22,427 nt of DNA from the NCBI GenBank assembly GCA_001770815.1, contig MESD01000042.1, positions 12,973 through 35,399 of the forward strand, in the 5' to 3' direction. Made by a program: the position numbers and the translations under genes. The notes beneath the pieces are model-generated. The model searched no databases and had not been told where the DNA came from. It was given only the letters and a program-made list of their open reading frames with translations. Position 1 is the first letter of the stretch, and each line of letters opens with the position of its first letter. This document shows positions 10,252-18,446 of the stretch, piece by piece. Source of the DNA: Burkholderiales bacterium RIFCSPHIGHO2_12_FULL_69_20. Its GTDB lineage: Bacteria > Pseudomonadota > Gammaproteobacteria > Burkholderiales > Burkholderiaceae_C.

Positions 10252-11736
10252 TCAGCCGAGTTGCGCCAGCGGCAACGCCAGGCACAGCCGGGTGCCGCCC
10301 TGAGGCGCCGGCAGCGGCCGCAGGCTGCCGCCGTGCAACTGGGCCACGCGCTGCGCGATGGCCAGCCCCAGCCCGCCGATGCCGCCACCCGGGCGGCGCA
10401 TCGGTGGATCACGCAGTGAGCGGCCCTGCGCCAGGCGCTGCGCCAGTTCGTCCGACAGGCCGGGCCCGGCGTCTTCGACCAGCACCTGGGCCTGCGCGCC
10501 GTCGCGCTGCAGGCTCACCCGCACCGGCAACGGGCCTGGCGCGTGGCGCAAGGCGTTGTCGATCAGGTTGGTGAGCGCGCGCTCCACCAGTTGCAGGTCG
10601 CCGTCCAGCTCCAGCCGGCCCGGCGGGGTGCCGCTCAGCACCACCGGCGCCGGGCCCGGGCCCAGGTCGAACTTCTGCACCGCATCGGTGACCAGTTCGT
10701 CCAGGCTGAAACGCTCGCGGTGCAGCACCTGGTCGGTGGATTGCAGCGTGGCCAGTTCGAACAGCTGCTGCGACAGCCGGCGCACCTTGTCGCTCTGCGC
10801 CAGCGCGGCACTCAGCATGCGACCGCTGTGGGCCGGGGCGTCGGCCGCCAGGGCCTCCAGATGGCCGTGCAGGGCCGTCAGCGGCGTGCGCAGGTCGTGC
10901 GCCACGCTGGCCATCATCTCGCGGTGCGATGCTGTCTGGCGCGCCTCGCGCGCGGCCTGGTCTTCGATGCGCCGGGTCATGCCGTCGTAGGCCTGGGCGA
11001 TGGCATGCACCTCGTCGCCCACCGGCGGCGGCGCCTGCGGTGCGGCGGTGGGTGGCGCCGCGGCGCTGTAGGCCTGCATGCGCGCCGCCAGTTGCTGCAG
11101 CGGCCGGGTCAGGCGGCGCAGCAGCAGCGCGCCCGGCAGCCATGTGGCCAGCAGGCCGGCGGCCGCCACCAGGGCAGCGCCGGCCCATATCCGGTGCTGG
11201 CTCACCTGCCCCGCCACCAGGGCGCGCGCCGCACCATCGAGCACGATGTACAGGTAGCCCGGTGGCTGGGACTGGCCAGGCGCGGGCGAAAACATCGCCG
11301 CGCTGAAGATGCGGCCCTGCGTGCCGCCCATCGGGTCGGTGCCCAGGATGGGCAGCGGGCCGCCGGCCAGAAAGGCCCGCACGGCCGCCAGGTCCACCTG
11401 GGGTTGGCGCACCATGCCCGGCTCGCCCAGGTAGGCCTGCACGCCGCCTTGCGCATCGAGCAGGTAGACCTGGATGCCGGGGTTCACCACCATCAGCATC
11501 TGCAGCAGCGCGTCGCGCTCGTCCTGCTCGGCGCGGCCGGCACCGGCCGTGCTGATCTGTGGCCAGTGGCCCACGATGTGCCGGGCCAGGCCCTGCGAAA
11601 GCCGCTGCAAGGCCTCTTGCTCCTGCACCATGGCCAGGTGCCGGCCCAGCAGCACGGTGAGCGTGGCAAAGCCCAGCAGCAACAGCGCCAGCACCAACGT
11701 GAGGCGGCGGCTGAGGCTGGCGTGATGGCGGCTCAT
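10252..11736 (-). CDS. Two-component sensor histidine kinase (membrane-bound, periplasmic sensing domain)
   Basis: The start at 11736 overlaps the response-regulator stop (ATGA). There are two TM segments. Motifs are the H-box MASVAHDLRTPLTAL, the N-box LTNLIDNALRHA, and the G-box GGGIGGLGLAIAQ. Confidence 0.85.
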   Translation of the reverse strand: MSRHHASLSRRLTLVLALLLLGFATLTVLLGRHLAMVQEQEALQRLSQGLARHIVGHWPQISTAGAGRAEQDERDALLQMLMVVNPGIQVYLLDAQGGVQAYLGEPGMVRQPQVDLAAVRAFLAGGPLPILGTDPMGGTQGRIFSAAMFSPAPGQSQPPGYLYIVLDGAARALVAGQVSQHRIWAGAALVAAAGLLATWLPGALLLRRLTRPLQQLAARMQAYSAAAPPTAAPQAPPPVGDEVHAIAQAYDGMTRRIEDQAAREARQTASHREMMASVAHDLRTPLTALHGHLEALAADAPAHSGRMLSAALAQSDKVRRLSQQLFELATLQSTDQVLHRERFSLDELVTDAVQKFDLGPGPAPVVLSGTPPGRLELDGDLQLVERALTNLIDNALRHAPGPLPVRVSLQRDGAQAQVLVEDAGPGLSDELAQRLAQGRSLRDPPMRRPGGGIGGLGLAIAQRVAQLHGGSLRPLPAPQGGTRLCLALPLAQLG

Positions 11737-12455
11737 GGCGCCGCGCCGGTGAGCGCGTCCGCGGGCGGGTCGAAGCGGTAGCCCACGCCCCACACGGTGA
11801 CGATGCACAGCGGCTCGCGCGGGTCGGCCTCGACCTTGCTGCGCAGCCGGTTGATGTGCGAGTTGACGGTGTGCTCGTAGCCGTCGAAACCGGCGCCCCA
11901 CACCCGCGCCAGCAGCTCGCTGCGGCCGAAGGCCTGGCCCGGGTGCCGCACCAGAAAGTGCAGCAGGTCGAACTCACGCAGCGTCAGCGGCACCGGCTCG
12001 TCGCCGCGGCTGAGCGTGCGCCGCGCCGTGTCCAGCCGCCACGGGCCGAAGCGCAACTGGGCGCTGGCCACCGGCTGGGCACGCAGTTGGTCGATGCGGC
12101 GCAGCAGGGCGCGCACCCGGGCCACCAGCTCCAGCATCGAGAAGGGTTTGGCCAGGTAGTCGTCGGCGCCCAGCTCCAGCCCCAGCACGCGATGGGCCTC
12201 GGCGCTGCGGGCGCTGAGCATGATCACCGGCACATCGGCATGGCGCGCGCGCAGGTGGCGGCACACGTCCCAGCCGTCGGCGCCGGGCAGCATCAGGTCG
12301 AGCAGCACCAGGTCCCAGCGCTGGCGGTCGATGGCCGCCATCGCGTGGCGGCCGTCGGCCTCGCGGTGCAGGCGGTAGCCGGCCTGCTCCAGGTGCAGGC
12401 GCAGCGCGTCGGCGATCGCGTCGTCGTCTTCAACCAGCAGCAGGTGGGCGCTCAT
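11733..12455 (-). CDS. OmpR/PhoB-family response regulator
   Basis: The receiver domain reads MSAHLLLVEDDDAIADAL...DLVLLDLMLPGADG...KPF. The C-terminal winged-helix domain reads LTLREFDLLHFL...VDSHINRLRSK-like...TVWGVGYRF. Confidence 0.9.
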   Translation of the reverse strand: MSAHLLLVEDDDAIADALRLHLEQAGYRLHREADGRHAMAAIDRQRWDLVLLDLMLPGADGWDVCRHLRARHADVPVIMLSARSAEAHRVLGLELGADDYLAKPFSMLELVARVRALLRRIDQLRAQPVASAQLRFGPWRLDTARRTLSRGDEPVPLTLREFDLLHFLVRHPGQAFGRSELLARVWGAGFDGYEHTVNSHINRLRSKVEADPREPLCIVTVWGVGYRFDPPADALTGAAP

Positions 12456-12515
12456 CGGTGGCAGGGGGGCGGGGCAGCCGGATTGGAACAGAGCCGCCCC
12501 GCGGCTGTGCACAGC

Positions 12516-13316
12516 TCAGGCTTGGCGGGCCTGGCGGCGGCGCATCAACAGGCCCAGCGCACCCAGGCCGGCCACCATCAGCGCATAACTTTCAGGCTCG
12601 GGCACCGGTGCGGCCGAGAAGCTGACACGGTAGATTTCGGTGTCGGCCGCCAACTGGCTGTTGAAGGTGTAGCCCGCACCGGTGGTCAGGCCGTTCAGGG
12701 CCGCCAGCTCGGCAAAGTTGAACGCCACCACCGAGCCTTGCGGCGTGCGCTGGCCGATGTCACCCACAAAGGCCGCAGCGGCGGGGTCGAATACCTCGCT
12801 GCCGGCGTCCCATACCTGGCGCGCGGTCTGGGTGATGCTGGTCAGCGCCAGGTTGCCGGCGTTGTCGAACAGGCGAAAACGTGTCGGCGAGTCGTTGCCG
12901 ATGAAGAAGTCGTTGCTGGGAATCACCATCGCCGCAAACGTGAAATACGGGTTCAGCGTGCTGTCGACCCGGAAGGTGGCCGTCTTGCTCTGGCCCACCA
13001 GCAGCGCACCATCGATGGTGCCGCGGCTGGCCGTGGGATCGGCCGCCGCGAAGTCGGCCTGCCAGGCCACGCCCGCAGCGGCCTCGGCCACCGAGACGAT
13101 GCCGTCGCCGGCTGCCTGGCCGAGGTTGAAAGCGTCGAAGCTGCCGCTGTGAAAACCCAGGTGCGTCGGCGCGAAGGCCACGCTGTTGGTGGGCGCCAGG
13201 TTCTGTATCGTGACGGTGACGTTCAGGTCGGCGGCGCCGGCAGACGTGGAGGCAGCGCCGGCGGCCAGGGCCAGTGCGGCGACGGCCAAGGGACGCGGAA
13301 GGAAAGACTTGTGCAT
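12516..13316 (-). CDS. Secreted PEP-CTERM protein with a spondin-N-like domain
   Basis: The ATG at 13316 has an AGGAG RBS. A signal peptide (AVAALALAAGAASTSAGA) is present. The body resembles bacterial spondin_N proteins (NVTVTIQNLAP...FAPTHLGFH...AAMVIPSNDFFIGND). The C-terminus VPEPESYALMVAGLGALGLLMRRRQ is a classic PEP-CTERM exosortase sorting signal. Confidence 0.7.
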   Translation of the reverse strand: MHKSFLPRPLAVAALALAAGAASTSAGAADLNVTVTIQNLAPTNSVAFAPTHLGFHSGSFDAFNLGQAAGDGIVSVAEAAAGVAWQADFAAADPTASRGTIDGALLVGQSKTATFRVDSTLNPYFTFAAMVIPSNDFFIGNDSPTRFRLFDNAGNLALTSITQTARQVWDAGSEVFDPAAAAFVGDIGQRTPQGSVVAFNFAELAALNGLTTGAGYTFNSQLAADTEIYRVSFSAAPVPEPESYALMVAGLGALGLLMRRRQARQA

Positions 13317-13450
13317 GGGGAGGCTCCTGCAAGGCGGGATCGGTGGGTCCGGGCCCGAGGCTTCGGGCCGGTGCACTCGATGCTAGGAAGCCGATCTCCC
13401 CAAGACCTCACCGGCACATCACGGCGCCGTGAGCTTTGGCCACCCCTGCC

Positions 13451-13480
13451 TGGGCCGCCATCCCTTGGGCCGCCATCCTT
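13451..13480. repeat. Two near-identical 15-bp direct repeats (plus degenerate flanking copies) upstream of the PEP-CTERM gene
   Basis: tgggccgccatccct (13451-13465) and tgggccgccatcctt (13466-13480) match at 14 of 15 positions. Degenerate copies lie at 13436-13450 and 13481-13490. The repeats sit in the intergenic region 135-165 bp upstream of the 13316 start. Confidence 0.6.
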
Positions 13481-13510
13481 TGGCCGCCCGCAGGCCGGTA
13501 CGGGCGTTGG

Positions 13511-13795
13511 CTAGCGCCGGGCGGCCATCACATGCCGGGCCTGCACGTAGCCGTAGGCGAAGTCGACCGATTCTTCGATGTTGCGCCGCATCGCCTGGCG
13601 CTCTTTCTCGGTGGTGAAGAAGGCCAGGTCGGCGCTGTGGCGGATGTACTGGGGTGGCATGCGGTTCAAGGCCACGCAGGCCACGTCGGCCAGCAGGCCG
13701 GCATCGCCGGCCAGGCCGGGGTAGCGCGGCGCAGCCGCGGCCACCGCCTCGAACACGGTTTTTTCGTGGGTGTTGTAGACCGATGAGAAGTCCAT
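13511..13795 (-). CDS. ComFB-family (late competence development protein ComFB-like) small protein
   Basis: The 94-aa product has AGGAG before its ATG. The core ADVACVALNRMPPQYIRH matches the ComFB signature (..ALNxLPxxYv). Confidence 0.65.
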   Translation of the reverse strand: MDFSSVYNTHEKTVFEAVAAAAPRYPGLAGDAGLLADVACVALNRMPPQYIRHSADLAFFTTEKERQAMRRNIEESVDFAYGYVQARHVMAARR

Positions 13796-13882
13796 CGCTG
13801 ACGCTCCTGAGGCAAGACGGCTGAATCGGCTTTATCGGCCGATTTGCCGTCCAGCTTGAGCGCCGTTGGCGCCGCTGGCCGC

Positions 13883-15073
13883 TTAGGCCAGCGCCCGCTC
13901 GGCGTCCATCAGCCTGAAGCGCAGCAGCGCCAGGTTGGCGTGCTGGCGGTCGAGCACCGCCACGAAGCCCAGCGCCGCCTCGCCGGGCAGGCGGCGCAGC
14001 AGGGTCTGGCGCGGGCCGGCGGTGATCAGTACTTCGTCGGGCGGATGGTCGCCGCCGGTCACCGTGTGATGCGCCTGGCGCGCGGCGCACAGCGCCAGCG
14101 CCAGCGCGGCCAGATCGGTGGGCGGTTGCTCACGGTGCTGGCTGGCCAGCAGATCGCCGCGGTTCAGATCGACGATGCCGCAGGCCAGCAGGCCTTCGCT
14201 GCGCGCCAGCGGCGACAGCAGGCGGTTGAGCACCTGCGGCTGTGGCAGCGAGGGCTGGCGGGTTGATGGGTGGGCGTCGGCCATGGCCGGTGTGGGCGCG
14301 CGCTGGACGGTGGCGGGCGGCGCTGCGGCCAGCAGGTTGGTCGGCAATGCGTGGCCCTGGGCGACTTCCCAGGCTTCGAGCACACAGTTCCACACGCTGG
14401 CCGCGCAGGCCAGCGGTTCGGCCACGACGCTGGCCTGCACCTGTGGCGGCCAGGGCTGCGCCAGGATGCGTTGGCGCAGCGCCGCAGCGCCCGGCGGCAG
14501 GATGAACACCAGCTGCGGGCAGCGCCATTCGGGCTGGCAGGTGGCGAGCAGCAAGGTGCGCATCAGCGACACCAGCGCATGCGGCTGCATGGCGCCGACG
14601 ATCACCGCGGTCATCTGGCTGCCTTCGGCCAGCGCGGTGGTGATCTCGTCGCGGGCCAGGTCGGACGTCATCGGGCCGGCACGCAGATCGGCGTGGTAGA
14701 CGCGCAGCGCATCGGCGCCGCGCCGCGGCACCAGCGCGCGTTCGATCACCGCCAGCGTGCGCAGCGTGCTGCGGTCGCGCAGGTTGACCCGCTGCACTGC
14801 CTGGCCGCCGGCATCGGCCAGCGCATGCACCACCTGCGACGCCCACAGCCCCGACGGATCGAGCAGCGTCACCATCGCGCTGGCACGCTGCAGATCCTGG
14901 CGGTGCAGCGCAAAGTGCGCGCGCATCGCCTCGGCCGGCGAGGCATCCACCACCACGTCTTCGGTGGGCGCGACGACGGTGGTGTTCTCTGCCGAGGCCG
15001 CGCCACGCGCCGCCTGGGGCGGCGTGGCCGGCAGTCGTTGCGGTGTCAGATCGCCGAACAGGCTGTTGAGCAT
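13883..15073 (-). CDS. Hypothetical protein (396 aa) with a possible Roadblock/LC7-like C-terminal module
   Basis: The ORF is open to 15103 (GTG). The ATG at 15073 has the best RBS (GGGAG, 6-nt spacing). Amino-acid usage is coding-like. Only the C-terminal ~110 aa (GLLACGIVDLNRGDLLAS...LGFVAVLDRQHANLALLRFRL) suggests a known fold. Confidence 0.55.
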   Translation of the reverse strand: MLNSLFGDLTPQRLPATPPQAARGAASAENTTVVAPTEDVVVDASPAEAMRAHFALHRQDLQRASAMVTLLDPSGLWASQVVHALADAGGQAVQRVNLRDRSTLRTLAVIERALVPRRGADALRVYHADLRAGPMTSDLARDEITTALAEGSQMTAVIVGAMQPHALVSLMRTLLLATCQPEWRCPQLVFILPPGAAALRQRILAQPWPPQVQASVVAEPLACAASVWNCVLEAWEVAQGHALPTNLLAAAPPATVQRAPTPAMADAHPSTRQPSLPQPQVLNRLLSPLARSEGLLACGIVDLNRGDLLASQHREQPPTDLAALALALCAARQAHHTVTGGDHPPDEVLITAGPRQTLLRRLPGEAALGFVAVLDRQHANLALLRFRLMDAERALA

Positions 15074-15296
15074 CACCATCTCCCGGTTCTTGTTGAGCTG
15101 CACTCTAAGAGCGGAACGTCAAGCAGACGTTTCGTGATGTAGTGCCGCGTGAAGGCCCGGCCGGGGTGGCGCCGGCGTGCGCCGGCTACCACCGCTTACA
15201 TTGCCGGCAGCCGGGACGCCGGTGCGGCAGGCCGCAGCAGGGGCTTGTCCCGCCGGTGGCAGGGTGCGCTGACGGGCTGGCCCTACCATCCGCGCC

Positions 15297-16601
15297 ATGA
15301 ACAGCGCCACCGCCGCCGCCGCCGATGCCCTGGCCGACCCGGCACCACCGCTGCGCCAGGACGCCGCCATCATCGCGCTGGTGGGGTTGGCGCATGGCGT
15401 CAGCCACTTCAGCCAGCTGCTGCTGGCGCCGCTGTTTCCGTGGCTCAAAGACGCTTTCGGCGTTAGCTACACCGAGTTGGGCGCGCTGCTGACGATCTTC
15501 TTCGTCGTCTCCAGCGCGGTGCAGACGGCCTCGGGCTTCGTCGTCGACCGTTTCGGCCCGCGCCCGGTGCTGCTGGGCGGGCTGTCGTTGCTGGGCTTGG
15601 CCGCACTGGGTTACGCCAGCAGCACCAGCTATGCGATGTTGGCGGCCTGGGCGGTGGTGGCCGGCGTGGGCAACGGCGTGTTCCACCCGGTCGACTACAC
15701 GCTGCTCAACCGCAAGGTGCACAAGAGCCGGCTGGGCCATGCCTACAGCGCCCACGGCATCACCGGCACGCTGGGCTGGGCGCTGGCACCGGCGCTGATG
15801 GTGCCGATGGCGATGGCCTTCGGCTGGCGCGCGGCGATGTTCAGCGGTGCGGCGGTGGCCTTGTCGGTGCTGGCGGTGATCTGGTGGCATCGCGACCGGC
15901 TGGCACTGGCGCTGGCGGCCGCGCCATCGGCGCCGGTGGCCGCTGGCGGGCCGGGTCGCGCCGCGCCGGCGGCGGCGGCCCCCACCGAGGGGCCGTTCGA
16001 TTTCCTGCGCATCCCGGCGGTGTGGATGTGCTTCGCCTTCTTCTTCTTCTACGCCATCGCGCTGAGCGTGGTGCAGAGCTTCGCGCCCGAGGCGGCGCGG
16101 CAGTTGCACGCCGTGCCGCTGCCCTGGGTGGCGGCCTGCCTGACCATCTACATGGTGGGCAGCGCCAGTGGCATGGTGGCGGGCGGTTTCCTGGCCAGCG
16201 ACCCGGCACGCTGCGAGCGGGTGGTCGGCATCGGCATGGGCCTGGCGGCCTGCATCGCGCTGTGGGTGGCGCTGGGGCCGGTGGTCGGCTGGATGGTGCC
16301 GGTGCTGTTCGGCCTGATGGGCCTGGTGACCGGCAGCGCCAGCCCGTCGCGCGACATGCTGGTCAAGCGCTCGACCCCCGAGAACGCCAGCGGCCGTGTC
16401 TTCGGCGTGGTGTATTCGGGCCTGGACACCGGGCAGGCCATCGCGCCGCTGATCTTCGGCCGGCTGATGGACCTGCACCAGTACAGCGCCGTGTGGATCG
16501 GCCTGGCGGCGGTGCAGATGGTGCTGATCGTCAGTGCCTTCCGGGTGCGTCGCGTGCGGCGCGAACTGCACCCTGTCGATAATCGCCCCGCCCCCGCTTG
16601 A
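15297..16601 (+). CDS. MFS transporter
   Basis: The 434-aa product has about 12 hydrophobic segments and the MFS loop motif GFVVDRFGPRPVLLGG between TM2 and TM3. Confidence 0.85.
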   Translation: MNSATAAAADALADPAPPLRQDAAIIALVGLAHGVSHFSQLLLAPLFPWLKDAFGVSYTELGALLTIFFVVSSAVQTASGFVVDRFGPRPVLLGGLSLLGLAALGYASSTSYAMLAAWAVVAGVGNGVFHPVDYTLLNRKVHKSRLGHAYSAHGITGTLGWALAPALMVPMAMAFGWRAAMFSGAAVALSVLAVIWWHRDRLALALAAAPSAPVAAGGPGRAAPAAAAPTEGPFDFLRIPAVWMCFAFFFFYAIALSVVQSFAPEAARQLHAVPLPWVAACLTIYMVGSASGMVAGGFLASDPARCERVVGIGMGLAACIALWVALGPVVGWMVPVLFGLMGLVTGSASPSRDMLVKRSTPENASGRVFGVVYSGLDTGQAIAPLIFGRLMDLHQYSAVWIGLAAVQMVLIVSAFRVRRVRRELHPVDNRPAPA

Positions 16602-16612
16602 ATAAACCACCC

Positions 16613-18322
16613 ATGACCACCAGACCCGCCGGCCACGTCCTCGTCGAAGCCCTGATCGCCCAGGGTGTCACCACCGCCTTCGGTGTGCCCGGCGAGAGCT
16701 ACCTGGCCGTGCTCGACGGCTTTCACCAGCACCGCGAGTTGATCCGCTTCATCGCCTGCCGGCAGGAGGGCGGCGCGGCCTTCATGGCCGAGGCGCAGGG
16801 CAAGCTGAGCGGGCGGCCGGGCGTGTGCTTCGTCACCCGCGGCCCGGGCGCCACCAATGCCAGCATCGGCATCCACACCGCCTTCCAGGATTCGACGCCG
16901 CTGGTGCTGTTCGTCGGCCAGGTGGCCAGCGACCAGCGCGACCGCGAGGCCTTCCAGGAACTGGACTACCGCCAGATGTTCGGCCCCGGCACGCTGGGCC
17001 TGGCCAAGTGGGTGGGCGAGGTGCAGCACGCCGACCGCCTGCCCGAGTACGTGGCGCGTGCCTTCCACACCGCGATGCAGGGCCGCCCCGGCCCGGTGGT
17101 GGTGGTGCTGCCCGAGGACATGCTGACCACGCCCACCAACGCCGCGGTGCTGCCGCGCGCCGAGCCCGCGCAGGCCTGGCCCGCCCCCGGCGCGCTGCGC
17201 GACCTGCGCGCGATGCTGATGGCCGCGAAGCAGCCGCTGCTGATCGCCGGCGGCGGCGGCTGGGACGCCGAGGCCGCACGCGCGCTGCAGCGCTTCGCCG
17301 AGAACTGGCAACTGCCGGTGGGCTGCGGTTTCCGCTTCCAGGACACCTTCGACAACCGCCACCCGCTGTACGCCGGTGACGTCGGCATCGGCATCAATCC
17401 CAAGCTGGCGCAGCGGGTGAAGGACGCCGACCTGATCATCGCGCTGGGCGTGCGCCTGGGCGAGATGACCACTGGCGGCTACACCTTGATCGAGGCGCCG
17501 CGGCCGCGGCAGAAGCTGGTGCACATCCACGCCGGTCCCGAGGAACTTGGCCGGGTCTACGCGGCCGACCTGCTGCTGCAATCGAGCATGGCCTGCGCGG
17601 CCAAGGCGCTGGAGGCGCTGGCCGCGCCCACCCACGTGCCGTGGCACGACTGGGCGGCGGCGGCCAACGCCGACTACCACACCAACCAGGTGGCCGGCGG
17701 CGTGGCCCCGCTGGACATGGCGGTGGTGATGAAGACCGTGCAGCGGCTGGCGCCCGAGGACACCATCTACACCAACGGTGCCGGCAACTTCAGCGGCTGG
17801 CTGCACCGCTTCGTGCAGTACCCGGGCCTGCAGCACCACGGCCGCACCCAGCTGGCCTGCACCTCGGGCGCGATGGGTTACGGCCTGCCGGCGGCAGTGG
17901 GGGCGGCGCTGCTGCACCCCGAGCGCACGGTGGTCAACGTGGCCGGTGACGGCGACTTCCTGATGACCGGGCAGGAACTGGCCACGGCCTCAGGTTACGG
18001 CGCCAACCGCGGTGCCGGCCGGCTGGTCAGCATCGTGGTCGACAACGGCACCTACGGCACCATCCGCATGCACCAGGAGCGTGAGTACCCGGGTCGGGTC
18101 AGCGGCAGCGATCTGTTCAACCCCGACTTTGTGGCACTGGCGCTGGCCTACGGCTGGCGGGCGGCGCGGGTGGAGCGCACCGAAGACTTCGAGGCCGCCT
18201 TTGCGCAGGCCATGGCCGCCGGCGCGCCGATGCTCATTCACCTCAAGCTCGATGCCGATGTCAGCACCAGCCGCAGCACGCTGGGCGCCATCCGTGATGC
18301 GGCCCAGAAGGCCGGCCGCTAG
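16613..18322 (+). CDS. Thiamine-diphosphate-dependent enzyme (acetolactate synthase-like large subunit family)
   Basis: The N-terminal Pyr domain reads GVTTAFGVPGESYL...CRQEGGAAFMAEA...RGPGATNA. The ThDP-binding motif is GDGDFLMTGQELAT...VVDNGTYGTI. Confidence 0.9.
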   Translation: MTTRPAGHVLVEALIAQGVTTAFGVPGESYLAVLDGFHQHRELIRFIACRQEGGAAFMAEAQGKLSGRPGVCFVTRGPGATNASIGIHTAFQDSTPLVLFVGQVASDQRDREAFQELDYRQMFGPGTLGLAKWVGEVQHADRLPEYVARAFHTAMQGRPGPVVVVLPEDMLTTPTNAAVLPRAEPAQAWPAPGALRDLRAMLMAAKQPLLIAGGGGWDAEAARALQRFAENWQLPVGCGFRFQDTFDNRHPLYAGDVGIGINPKLAQRVKDADLIIALGVRLGEMTTGGYTLIEAPRPRQKLVHIHAGPEELGRVYAADLLLQSSMACAAKALEALAAPTHVPWHDWAAAANADYHTNQVAGGVAPLDMAVVMKTVQRLAPEDTIYTNGAGNFSGWLHRFVQYPGLQHHGRTQLACTSGAMGYGLPAAVGAALLHPERTVVNVAGDGDFLMTGQELATASGYGANRGAGRLVSIVVDNGTYGTIRMHQEREYPGRVSGSDLFNPDFVALALAYGWRAARVERTEDFEAAFAQAMAAGAPMLIHLKLDADVSTSRSTLGAIRDAAQKAGR

Positions 18323-18340
18323 CCACCGCAGCTGCGGTGG
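18323..18340. terminator. Perfect 18-bp palindrome (hairpin) between the ThDP-enzyme stop and the tRNA fragment
   Basis: ccaccgcagctgcggtgg equals its own reverse complement. It starts 1 nt after the TAG stop and overlaps the CCA end of the tRNA fragment. There is no U-tract, so terminator function is uncertain. Confidence 0.35.
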
Positions 18341-18390
18341 TACGCGGGACGGGAATCGAACCCGTACGCCTTGCGGCTGCGGGTTTTAAG
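18338..18390 (-). tRNA. 3' half of tRNA-Leu(UAA), not an intact gene; displaced att-site remnant at the island junction
   Basis: The minus strand reads CTTAAAA-CCCGC-AGCCGCAAGGCGT-ACGGG-TTCGATT-CCCGT-CCCGCGT-A-CCA. These are the anticodon loop, the 3' anticodon stem, the long variable arm, the T arm, the acceptor 3' strand and CCA. No matching 5' anticodon stem, D arm or 5' acceptor strand follows. Confidence 0.6.
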
Positions 18391-18446
18391 AGCAATGCGC
18401 GTACTTTTTCCGTTGTAAATCAACGCACTAGCCAGCACACTAACGC

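Noticed and set aside
12468-12501. The stem gcggggc-N20-gccccgc between the PEP-CTERM gene and the response regulator gene, as an attenuator or terminator.
   Set aside because: The stem is short, the loop is large and there is no U-tract. It is compatible with chance in G+C-rich sequence.
11856-13514. A 552-aa plus-strand ORF spanning the response regulator and PEP-CTERM genes. Also 10358-10990, 10543-11781 and 10409-11977 over the kinase gene.
   Set aside because: The products are rich in Gly, Arg, Ala and Gln with no domain signatures. The minus-strand genes carry complete HK, RR and PEP-CTERM motifs.
15186-17917. Two very long minus-strand ORFs (15186-16610, 474 aa; 16148-17917, 589 aa) antisense to the MFS and ThDP-enzyme genes.
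   Set aside because: The translations are dominated by His, Arg, Gly, Ala and Gln with no hydrophobic core. They are high-G+C artefacts opposite well-supported genes.
18338-18424. An intact 87-nt tRNA-Leu gene on the minus strand.
   Set aside because: A hand fold fails. The 5' anticodon stem (GCGGG needed, TTGCT found), the D arm and the 5' acceptor strand (RCGCGGG) are all missing. Only the 3' half is tRNA-like.
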